Assembly (NCBI RefSeq): GCF_035084215.1
Contig: NC_090335.1
Span: forward strand, 47,616,001 to 47,680,000
From: Heptranchias perlo
Taxonomy: Eukaryota
Length of the DNA: 64,000 nt
Direction of reading: 5' to 3'
Shown here: positions 51,217-62,070 of the stretch, piece by piece
How positions within the stretch are numbered: the first letter of the stretch is position 1
Layout: each line of letters starts with the position of its first letter
The notes under the pieces: generated by a model
What the model was told of the DNA's origin: nothing
Seen by the model: the letters and a program-made list of their open reading frames with translations, nothing else
Database searches by the model: none
Translations under genes and position numbers: made by a program

Positions 51217-51910
51217 AACAGCACCTTTAACGTAATAAAATGTCCCAAGGCGCTTCCCAGGAGTGTAACCAGATAAAAATTGTTATTTGAAATCTACAAG
51301 CTTTCGGAGGCTTCCTCCTTTCTCAGGCTTCCTCCTTCCTCATTTACCTGAGGAAGGAGGAAGCATCCGAAAGCTTGTAGATTTCAAATAAAAATTGTTG
51401 GACTATAACTTGGTGTTGTAAAATTGTTTACAACAGATAAAAATTGACACTGAGCCAAACAAAGAGACACCAAGACAGGTGACCAAAAGCTTTATCAAAG
51501 AGGTATGTTTTAAGGAAGGTCTTAAAGGAGGAGAAAGAATTGGAGAGGTGTAGGGAGGGAATTCTAGAGGTTAGGGCCTAGACAGCACATAGCTCGGTCG
51601 TCAATGGTGGAGAGAAGGGAGTAGAGGATGGACAAGAGTTCTTGGAGGATTGTAGAGCTAGAGGAGGTTACAGAGATAGGAAGGGGGGAGGCCATGGAGG
51701 GATTAGGATACGAGGGTGAGAATTTTAAAATCAAAACATTCGGGGACCGGGAACTAATGTAGGTCAGCGAGCACAGGGATGATAAGTGAACGGGGCTTGG
51801 TGCAAGTTAGGATACGGGCAATAGAGTTTTAGATGAGCTTAAGTTTATGGAGAGTGGAAAATGGGAGGCCGGCCAGGAGAGTATTGGAATAGTCGAGTCT
51901 GGAGCATAGA
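51217..51910 (-). mobile_element. L2 3' end, interrupted by a Penelope-derived hairpin
   Basis: Reverse complement of the 33365-33920 family. Confidence 0.8.
51283..51433. mobile_element. Penelope-derived inverted pLTR insertion with hammerhead core, 13-bp TSD
   Basis: TSD CAGATAAAAATTG at 51270-51282 and 51434-51446; TTTAC-CTGAGGA-AGGAGGAAGCATCC-GAAA-GCTT-GTAGA. Confidence 0.75.
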
Positions 51911-52636
51911 TGAGGGTTTGGGGCAGTCTCACTTCCTTCAAATACATGTTAAAAACCTATTTCTTTGACAGTTCTATTTGGTTTTTTTCTACCCGTAACC
52001 TTTCCTGACTCTTGCTCAGTGTCCCCTTCTCTCCCTCTTGTAAAGCATTTTCAGATAGAATTCTATGTGAGAGATGCTAAAATTTAACTTGCTGTTGTAA
52101 TGAAGCATCCTCTGTGCTTATAATAACCTGCACTGAAGTGAAATAAAAATAAACACAGCGCACGCTCAACGGTTTATTCTGCTTGTGTGGAAAACTTAAT
52201 TGCAACCTTAAAAGTAAACTCGGTTTTCTACGGTGCTTCACTGGGCAGTCAGGTAAATGCAGTTTCTTTCCTCTAGAGGGTGCTGCAGTAGAAATAATCA
52301 GTTCCATCTCCTCCCTTCCAAAACCGCTCTGCAATTTTTGCAATTATTCCATATTGAACATTGTGCCATTTCATCTGTGATGGAATTTATTCTTTAGAAC
52401 CCATAAGACAGTTACGGAATGGTAAGCAGCCATCAGCAGCATAAATTCAAGTATTACTTACCTGGCTTTGCCAAACTTTTAAAAAGCGAAAGTATTTGAA
52501 TCAGGAAATGAAGAGCCAAAGCCATTGGAACCACACTATAGAATCCTGTTGTCAGTTTTGTGGGGGTGGGTTGAGCGGGACATAAGTATCAAGTTATCAA
52601 GTATACCTACAAAGCAGTAGATTTATTTTTTACCGA

Positions 52637-53513
52637 AAGAAGAATTTGCACTGGTATCGTGCCTTTCATGTCCTCAGGACGTCTCAAAGTGTCTCATAGC
52701 CAATGAAGTAGTTTTGAAGTGCAGTCACTGTTCTAATGTCAGCAGACGGCAGTCAATTTGTATACAGCCAGGCCCCACAAACAGCAATAGATAAATGACC
52801 AGAAAACTTGGGGGGATTCTGGACTTCCGCCCAAAACGGGTGTGTGGTTGGCAGAGCGGGTGTGTCACCTGCCCGAAACCAATATCAAGAACCATTTTCA
52901 GGTTCGGGCCCCATTTGATTGCGGCCAGCAAGCTGTGGGAGCCAAACGGGCGCTCCGCTGCAGCTCGCCAGGTGTGGTAAGGTGAGAAATCGGCTGGCTC
53001 CTATGCTGAGCCCAACAACAGGTCAGTCCTGAGGGGGTGGGGGGAGTCGACCCAGGAGGGGGTGAACATGCGTCGGCAGCAGACTGCAGTATTTTTGCGG
53101 AACCAGGAGGAGCAGTCCTGCTCTTCATGGCCTCACAAAAATAAAATGTAAAGGAAGGTTTGGGGCCTTTTTGTGGACCTTTGAGGACCGCTCGTTAGGC
53201 CGTTCACCGCCTGGTACAAATGGGTGGAGCATGCAAGCCACATGCTCTGCCCATTTGTACTTCAAAACTGCAATCGGGATACTACAACAGGGTAGAACCC
53301 GACTTGCATATTAAAACAGTCTTCCACACAAAACAGACGGGGGTGATGTTCGCCCATTTACAGGTCTGCCTGAGAGTTGCATAAGGTGAGTTTTAGGTGT
53401 CCACGGGGCAGCAAACCCCTGATTTTATCAGGCGAGAAATGGGCAGGCGGCAGTTGTAAATCGCCTCCAATCTGTTTCAGTGGTGTTCGTTGAGGGATAA
53501 ATATTGGCCAGGT
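52637..53513 (-). mobile_element. DeuSINE split by a MITE-like insertion (~52809-53468)
   Basis: SINE halves 52637-52803 and 53469-53513 are colinear with the 10325 copy; the insert has GGGGGGATT..AAATCGCCTCC ends. Confidence 0.75.
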
Positions 53514-54784
53514 CTTATTTCAGTGAGGCTAAAGAAGTTGGTGCATGCACAAAGAGTTGCTTCAAGAATTTTCCTCCAACAGAACCAGAAGTTAAGAGCT
53601 GAGTGCACTGAGACCTTCCTTCCCAATGTGGTGATCTGCATATACTGCTGACCATGAGCAGCTCCCCAAGCACACCAGTGCTCATTTGGCTGTACAGCTC
53701 CTATATAGGCAGCAAAAAGGTTACAAGGGCAGGCAAGGTGAGAAAGACTCGCACGAATAGCAGATATGGCCCCACGTCAAGAAGCTCTCAGTAAATTTGT
53801 TCGTGTCAAAACAGATATACAGCAAAGAAGCACTGAAATAGGTGGAAACAAACACAGTAGCTACTTGCAAGTCCAAACGAGTCACTTTCAGAGAAAGGGC
53901 GCAACATGTTGCAACAGCTTTCCGGTGCAGCGTCCAATTTATATCGGGCCTTAATGAACCATGTGCATAAACTATATGCAAGTTCTCAGCACCACAGCCA
54001 CTTCCCCATTTCATTCTGTTGCACTCTGTACACTAAGTACCGATCAGGTCTCACTAACACGTGACAGGCCCAAACAGCACTCTGACCGCCGAATGGAAAG
54101 TCTTTTTTTAATTAGTCTTGGGATTTTTTTAAATAAATAAAATTGTTCGGGGCTGAAAATTTGGTGGGGTGGGGGGCGTTGGCATTTATGCTGTAGTATT
54201 GCCAGTGGGGCAAGATTCCAGCCATGGGCAAACTGCACCACTGGTGAGCGGACCCCAGATTTAAGAGAGCTCACAGATTTCAAGGACTGTGATGAGGTGG
54301 CTGACTGGGCATGTACAAAGGCAAATTAGATTTACACAAAAATGTTTTCATAGATTAAAAGAATACAATTCTCAGGAAGACAAAAATATGTATCGTGCAC
54401 AATTAAAGGAAACAAAAAGTACAACTAAAGCAGCTAAAGGGTCAATGGAAAAGAGGATAGTGGACAATTGCGGTCACAATGATAAAAGCTTTTTTAGCTA
54501 CGTTAGGAGTTAAAGAACTATTGGGTCATTGAAAGATTCCGTGGGGCGAAAAATTGAAGTCAATGGAAAGGAAAATTGGGCAGGATGTAAAACAGGTGGC
54601 CGGTTCACTCGCTCGTTTGTCACCCGGTGATAAAAGTTAAAACTCCCCCTATCCCGGAGAAATTCAAATGGGACTTCTTTTGACTTTAGGGACATATATG
54701 GCTTCTTTGTACTTTAATATGCTCTCATATGATATGACATTTATCTTCAGAAATAGAATGACCTTTAAAGTGTTTAGTTGCAGA

Positions 54785-56175
54785 ACAACAACAACTTGCA
54801 TTTATATAGCACCTTTAACGTACTAAAACGTCCCAAGGCGCTTCACAGGAGCATTATCAAATAAAGTTTGACACTGAGCTACATAAGGTGGTATTAGGAC
54901 AGATGACCAAAAGCTTGGTTAAAGAAGTAGGTTTTAAGGAGCATCTTAAAGGAGGAGAGAGAGGTCAAAAGGCAGAGAGGTTTAGGGGGGGAATTCCAGA
55001 GCTTACGGCCTATGCAGCTGAAGGAACGGCCGTCAACGGTGGAACGATTAAAATCGGGGATGCGCAAGAGGTAAGGATTGGCGGAGCGCAGTGATCTAGG
55101 AGGGCTGTGGGGCTGCAGGAGTTTACAGAGATAGGGAGGGGTGAGGCAGTGGAGGGATTTGAAAACAAGAAAGAGAATTTTAAAATCGAGGCATTGCCAT
55201 ACCGGGAGCGAATTGAGGTCAGCAAGCACAGGGGTGATGGGTGAATGGGACTTGGTGCAAGTTAGGATACGGGCAACAAATTTTGGATGAGCTCAAGTTT
55301 ATGGAGGGTGGAAGATGGGAGGCTGGCTCAGAAAGCATTGGAATAGTCCAGTCTAGAGGTGACAAAGGCATGGTTGAGGGGTTCAGCAGCAGATGAGCTG
55401 AGGCAGGTGCAGAGATAGGCGATGTTATGGAGGTGGAAGTAGGCAATCTTGGTGATGGAGTGGATATGTGGTCAGAAGTTCATCTCAGGGTCAAACAGAA
55501 AGCCAAGGTTGGAAACGGTCTGGTTCAGCCTCAGAGTGGCCAGGGACAGGGACGGAGTCAGTGGCTGGACAACGGAGTTTGTGGCAAGGACCGAAGACAA
55601 TGGGGGTGATTTTAAACCCCAAGAACGGGTGCATTGGGGGCGGGTGGGAGTTGAAAATAGTTGTTTTTTTGGGTCGCGACCGCAAAATCTTCGGACTTGG
55701 TATTCCCAGTGGGAAGCCTGTACTTTTCCGCGCCGACGTTAAACCCAGAAATAAAACCAAGTTGCGGTCACGTCCCAAAAGACAACTATTTTCAACTCCC
55801 ACCCGCCCCCAACCCATCCGTGGGCCAGGAAGGAAAGTTGGGTGGTCAGCAGTTTGGTGGGAATAGGGTCGAGGGAGCAGGAGGTGGGTCTGACGGTCAA
55901 GATGAGCTCAGAGAGGGCATGACGGGAGATAGGGGAAAAACTAGAGAAAGATGCGAGTTCGGGGCTAGAGCAGGCGGGAACCTTGGGGGAAGTTTGGCTT
56001 GGTGGACTGGGGAAGGGAGGGAAGCAGCAGAGGCAGCTGAACAGATGGTCTCAATCTTAATGACAAAGAAGTCCATGAATTCCTCGCACTTGTTGGAGGT
56101 GAGGGTGGAGGAGGCAGGAGAGATGGGTTTAAGAAAACGATTTGTAGTGGAGAAGAGAAGCCAGGATGATCCTGG
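54785..56175 (-). mobile_element. L2 LINE 3' region with internal deletions and a MITE insertion
   Basis: LDFKILFLVFKSLH..GRKLWNS..SFKMLLKTYFF; KCEEFMDFFVIKIETI. Confidence 0.85.
55601..55825. mobile_element. Palindromic MITE (right end truncated)
   Basis: ~50-bp inverted arms 55634-55685 and 55762-55812 (TTGGGGGCGGGTGGGAGTTGAAAATAGTTGT..). Confidence 0.75.
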
Positions 56176-56317
56176 AATAGTGAGTGGCATGAGTCTCCTG
56201 TGAATATAACTTCTGTCGTTTTTTTTTTCCAGTGCATGTTGTTGTGTTTTTTCTTCCTCCTTTCTTCCTTTCTCTCATTCTGTTTCTTTTTAAATGCCGT
56301 TCCTCTATAATGTCTTT

Positions 56318-56452
56318 CAGTATTGAGGAAGGATCCACACCTGAAATATCAACTTTTGTTTTCTCCATTGATGCTACCCGACTTGCTGAGTGTTTCCAGC
56401 ATTTTCTGTTTTTATTTCAGATTTCCAGCATCAGCAGTATTTTGCTTTTGTT
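56318..56452 (+). mobile_element. Solo Penelope pLTR/3' end; related copies at ~34765-34870 (+), ~22025-22085 (+) and 63478-63610 (-)
   Basis: GATGCT..GACTTGCTGAG..TTTCCAGCATTTTCTGTTTTTATTTCAGATTTCCAGCATC..GTATTTTGCTTTTG, same as 6440-6562. Confidence 0.75.
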
Positions 56453-57081
56453 CTCGCCAAAAATTCCAATTGGAAACAAACCGCATACTCAGCACTATTT
56501 AATATGGTGTTGTATTGCTAGTCTGCTGCAGTCTTTCCAATAACACGGCTGCAGTCTAAACAATGTGATTCTCATATCAAAGCAACCAGAGTCATTCAGA
56601 GACACCACTCAGATACTTTAACACCATTTCATTGTTCTGTGTACTAATGTGTTGGCATATGACCTGCTTTAATTTTTCTTGGAGGTGCTTACTTGTGTGA
56701 TGTAACTGTTTAGAAGGGATTATGAGGTAATTATAATTTTGCTTTTTAACTAGGCTTAGTTTGTTTGACAAATAGTTTTATGTATAGTATCTCCTGTAAG
56801 TATTATGTGGCAAAATGGTATAGCGACTCAACACACTATATGTGTGCATTCTTTTCTCTGAATAAAAAATAGAATAAAGCTTAAATATTGAATTGTACCT
56901 AAACTTCCACAGGATACTGTGGTCCCTGGAGCTGCGTGGTGTGTGATAGATTAACTAGTGAGTACTCTGTTACTGCAGCTAAAATCTTGCTTGCTGTAAA
57001 TAGTCCTATGAGTGTATAGTTCTGTAGCATAAATAAAAGATAGTGCATGGCCCTGTAGCTTAAGCTGTTGAATAAATATAG

Positions 57082-57305
57082 ATAATTTTACAACACCAAG
57101 TTATAGTCCAGCAATTTTATTTTAAATTCACAAGCTTTCGGAGACTTCCTCCTTCCTCAGGTAAATGTTTCTTCTGAGGAAGGAGGAAGTCTCCGAAAGC
57201 TTGTGAATTTAAAATAAAATTGCTGGACTATAACTTGGTGTTGTAAAATTATTTACAATTATTTACAATTGTCAACCCCAGTCCATCACCGGCATCTCCA
57301 CATCA
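57082..57305. mobile_element. Penelope-derived perfect 79-bp inverted repeat with hammerhead cores, 13-bp TSD
   Basis: Arms 57082-57160 and 57174-57252 are exact reverse complements; TSD TGAATAAATATAG at 57069-57081 and 57306-57318. Confidence 0.82.
57126..57166 (-). ncRNA. Putative minimal type I hammerhead ribozyme
   Basis: Minus strand UUUAC-CUGAGGA-A-GGAG-GAAGU-CUCC-GAAA-GCUU-GUGAA: stem I, core, stem II and a palindromic AAGCUU stem III. Confidence 0.6.
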
Positions 57306-57784
57306 TGAATAAATATAGTGTAGGCTTGTACGGCTCCTTGCCAGATAAGGTCTTTCTTACAACTGCAAATAATGTATTAGCATACAAATTGTTACAGGAT
57401 TGTTAAGGCCTTGATGTCTAAATGAATCTTTGTAAATCAAGGTTACCTGTTCTTAAGATTGATGTGGCCTTTATGGTAACATGTGCTTTTAATGACAATA
57501 GTAAGCCTCATATTAGTCAATGCTGGCAGTAAGAGTGCAAGCAGACAGAACAATAACCTGCAAGGAGTAAAAGTGAAGTTCATTCCTAATAATATTGTAC
57601 AGTCCTCGGCAAATGTTGAAATAAAATATCATAAGCAATGACATTCTAATTATTGAAATAATAAGTGCAGAACAATTACACTGTTTTTTTCACTGGCTTA
57701 TTTCAAAGCATGTCTATGTCACATTTCAAACAGAGGAGCCTTTTTAACATGTTACAACTGATATTCTTTGTATTTTGTTTTCAG

Positions 57785-57844
57785 TTCTTTACCTGGGTTT
57801 CGGGGGAGAGCGGCCTTGTCAAACATCATGGCAGCAGTTGTAAG
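57785..57844 (+). other. Candidate exon of an unidentified downstream gene
   Basis: ctgat..ttctttgtattttgttttcag| 60 bp with AACATCATGG |AAG-gtagag. Confidence 0.3.
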
Positions 57845-60109
57845 GTAGAGCTAACATCAGCAGGTCTAGAAGTATCATGGTAGATATCTATGCTTACCTT
57901 TTCCTGTGGATCTATATCATGTATGCCTTATGCATCATCAGAACCTCGCAGAGTGCAATGGAGCACTCATTGACAAATCTACCCCACACCAGACTGCTCT
58001 CGGGACTATAGCATCTTGTAGAAGTTTAGAAACAATTACCACCTAGGCATCAGGGTATGGCAGCCTTGGACAGGTGCTTACTTCATGAACATTAATTTGA
58101 CTATACAATATTATGGGAATTCTTATCTCTGTGGTTAGGATACTAACTATAGGCTCTATTTTTCGTATCCATCCTCCAAGATATGTATATAAAAAAAACT
58201 TTCTACACTACTGTACTGCTATATTTCCCCTCTAAACATTGTTTCCACTTACGATACTTGTTCCTTTTATCCGGGCTCAACTCAGCTCAGATTACCCTTT
58301 CTGGTCCTCGTATGACTTTGGATTGACTTCGCTGTGCTCAAATTAACCCTTTCCATGCCTCCTTTCACTTCCCTCTGTTAAATTCAGATTCATCCTTTTC
58401 AGTCTTCCCTTCTGCTTTTTTACTTAAGGTTAGTAGGATCAGAGTTGAGGCACTGGGGTTGAGAGGACCCTGTTTTCATCCTTGTTTCCAAACTTCATCC
58501 AGGAATGGTCTTTCTAATTCCTTCCTATTATTGTACATTGAAATATAATGACTTCTTCCAAGGGAACGATCCTCATCTCTTACCTTCATGTCTCCATCTA
58601 AACATTCTTCAAAATCCATTAACTTTTGATAAAGTCTCACTACTGCCCATGACCCATGTCACCATATACAGATGACAGACCTTTGTTTATATTGTTCCCA
58701 CCCACGTTATTTGATTCCACCTAATGCCAGCTTTGTTAGGCTATAAAATATTGGAACTACCCAATGCTGATTTTGTATTTAGATTGGAGCAATTGGAATC
58801 AGGACTTCCCTTGGGTTGCATTTTAATACACCTTAGTGTATTACTACATTAGCAGCTACATTGTAAACTGTTAACTTTCATGGCTGGTGGCCCAGCAGGT
58901 CAGCTCAAAAGCCATCTGATGCCACCCAAACAAAATAATTAGCACTAATACTGTAGCACACTTGATGCTATTTTTAATGAATTCCTTGTGGTCAGTATTG
59001 GTGCCGACCTCATTTGCCTGTTCTGATTGCTGTAATCCCCATCATGAAGATGACCAATAGGGCTCATCCAACGTCCATTTTATCTGGTTGACATCCCTAG
59101 TGTGCAAAACTTGTGATAAACACATTTTTTGTTCACTATGGCCTAAATGTTTTATACCATTAAATATTAAACATCTTCATATTAATAGTATTCTCCTAAT
59201 AAAAAAAAATAATTTGCTACTTAAGACAATACAAATACTGATCACTGAGGTTAAATGTTGTACAGCATAAGAACATGGAGTTGGCCAAGATGTCTCTGGC
59301 TGGTTTATTTTAACAGTTTTAACTATTAATCATCTTGACTGTTTCTTGGAGACATTTCTAATCAAATTGCCTTGGCAGTACTTAGTAAAGATACTGCACC
59401 ACGGATCCGATTAAAAAGGCCTATTCTATCAGAAGCCTTGATTGCATAGATGTCAACCATAAGTAATTGTGCAGACCTATTGCTGTATAAATAATTGTCT
59501 AGAAATATCCAGGTCTGAACAGTGACAACAGATAGCTGATATAGTTATTTTGCAAAAAATGATCCCTATGGGCAGTGAGTCTTTGGCTTAGAGGTAGCAT
59601 TCCTGCCTCTGAGTCAGAAGGTAAAGGGTTCAAGCCCTGGCGAGTGGAGTCTAGAACCTTCTAAATACAGGGTTGACATCCAATGGGGTACTCGCTTCCA
59701 GACATAGTGACCATCAGGTTAGTGGAAGTATTCCATCTCTGAGTCTGAAGGATTGGATTCATGCCACCTCCAGAAAGTTAACAGCAAGCAGAGCGCCAGC
59801 ACTGAATATTGGGTTCATGTCCACCGTTTGGTGGCTGCAGGTGGTCTCCCCACTCTAAGGATAGGTGGGACTCTTTAGCCTTAGTTGCAGCCCACCTAGG
59901 AGAAGACAAAAACCATAAGGAAAGCAACAGGAAATCCACCTCTGCTCAAGTGAATCAAGAATCTTATGTGTGAGACTTGAGTCAGGACTTGCCCTAGGGC
60001 AGAACATGGTGGAGGATGAACAGATCTCTATGGCATAATTGGTGCTTTGCAAATAAAAGAAAATAATTTATTAAAATAACTTCTGCTGTTATAGTGTACG
60101 GAGTACGGG

Positions 60110-61290
60110 GAACCCAGGTGAGATAGAGAATGAGGATCTGCAGAAACTGATCCTATCCAACATGTGCAATGTACTTGCTACCTGTGAGGATAAGGATAAA
60201 GACTGTCGGAAAGATAGCCAGAATGCTGACCATGGCACCATGCAGCAGGAGGCTGTCCAAAGCGGGGAGAAGGAGGAGGAGAAGCACGATGTGGTAGTTG
60301 TAGGGGATTCAATAATTAGGGGGACAGATAGTATCCTTTGTAAGCAGGACTGAGAGTCCCATATGCCTACCCGGTGCCAGGGTGAGGGACATCTCGAACT
60401 GGCTTGAAAGGATATTGGAGAGGGAGGGCGAGGATCCAGACGTGTGGTTCATGTTGGGACCAACAACATAGGAAAGAGTAGGCAAGAGGTTCGGTTCGGA
60501 GAGTACCAGGAGCTAGGAGCTAAATTAAAAAACAGGACCTCAAGGGTTATAATCTCTGGATTATTACCCAAGCCATGTGCAAATTGGCATAGGGATAAGC
60601 AGATTAGGGAGGTGAACATGTGGCTGAAGGAATGGTGTGGGAAAGAGGGGTTCCATTTCATGGGACACTGGCACTAGTACTGGGACAGAAACTACCGCTG
60701 GGACAGGCTCCACCGGAACCAGACTGTGACCAGGGTCCTAGCGGAAAGGATGAGTAATGAGCCAGATTTAGTTAACAGCCTAATGGTGCGTGAACATTTA
60801 TCTAATAGCGATCATAATATGATCGAGTTCACGTTGTGCTTGAAAGGGAGTATCAGCTACTAAGATTCTAACACAAATTAGGGTGGTTTTCCCTGGAATT
60901 TAGAACATTAAGGGTTGATTTGATCGAAGTTTTCAAGATATTAAGGGGAATTGATAGGGAGAAAGGGAGATACTATTTCCGCTGTTTGGGGAGTCTAGGA
61001 CTAGGGACATAGCCTAAAAATTAGAACCAGGACTTTCAGGAGTGAAATTAGGAAATACTTCCAAAAGCATTGGGTGGTAGAAGTTTGGAACCCTCTTCCG
61101 TAAACAACAGTTGATGTTAGCTCAGTTGTTAATTTTAAACCTGAGATTGATAGATTTTTGTTAACCAAAGGTATTAAGGGATATGGGGCTTAGGCGGGTA
61201 TATGGAGCTAGGTCACAGATCAGCCATGATCTTATTGAATGGTGGAACAGGCTCAAGGGGCTAAATGGCCTACTCCTGTTCCTATGTTAT
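60110..61290 (+). mobile_element. Internally deleted CR1 (ORF1 esterase, ORF2 scraps, 3' end)
   Basis: VVVGDSIIRG, VHVGTNNIG..VIISGLLP..WLKEWCGKEGF; SDHNMIEF; CR1 3' tail. Confidence 0.85.
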
Positions 61291-61368
61291 CAGATACATT
61301 TAACAACTTACAAATTTTCAAGCTGATGTAACAGTACAAATGCTGAGGTTTGCTTCAGCAGTGATTAC

Positions 61369-62070
61369 GGCCTAGAAATTTAATGGTACGGTGCCCATTT
61401 GTCAGGCACTAAACCTTAAATATGGTGGGCAGGAAGTGCGTACTCATTACAAAATGGAAGTGTGCTGCCCGCCATCGTGGTATAGGCAAAACAATAGGCG
61501 TCTAGCACCCACGCCTGAAACAGGTGTTAGGTCCTTAGCATATGCCGGTTTGAGGCCCCCTGTGCCAAATTGGGTTGTCCTAAACGCAGCCGACACCAGG
61601 TTGGTTGCATTGAGGAAAGCCAAGTCTACATGCAGCCTGACCAGGGGTGCTTAAATGGACCACTGCAGACCGCCACCAAAACAGTAAGTTTTAAAATAAT
61701 TACTTACCTGAATGTAGAGCAGAGAGAGGCAGGAGTGCTCCCCCTCGCTCCACTGCAGTCCTGCAGTCTGTAGCCTTGCCCCTGGTCGCCCCCCTCCTGG
61801 TGGCCTTCTCTCCCGATAGCCTTCCTTCCCAGTCATCTTCCCACCCGATCGCCTTCCCTTCCCCTTTAGGACCTTACCTGAGGCCACTGCCGACGAAGCA
61901 GCAGTCCGAAATTTGAAGCCTCTCTGTCGGCAAGCTGCCTGAGGATGCCCATCAGGTGTCCGCAGCTTGCCAGTCTCATTTAAATGAGGTCCCAGGTTTC
62001 AGGCCTCCCCATTCAGGTGCAGGGATTAATCCTTGCACCCAGCAAGTTGGCACACATGAATTTGTAGGCC
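61369..62070. mobile_element. MITE with 12-bp TIRs
   Basis: GGCCTAGAAATT / AATTTGTAGGCC (11/12); core GCAGGAGTGCTCC; CTCATTTAAATGAG palindrome. Confidence 0.75.

Noticed and set aside
52272-52374. Minus-strand mini-ORF MKWHNVQY..DYFYCSTL as an Ig exon
   Set aside because: It is too short, ends in a stop, and is out of phase with the candidate leader exon.
59570-59650. tRNA gene (TGGCTTAGAGGTAGC..GGGTTCAAGCCC)
   Set aside because: A/B-box-like motifs are present but no consistent cloverleaf; more likely a decayed SINE head.
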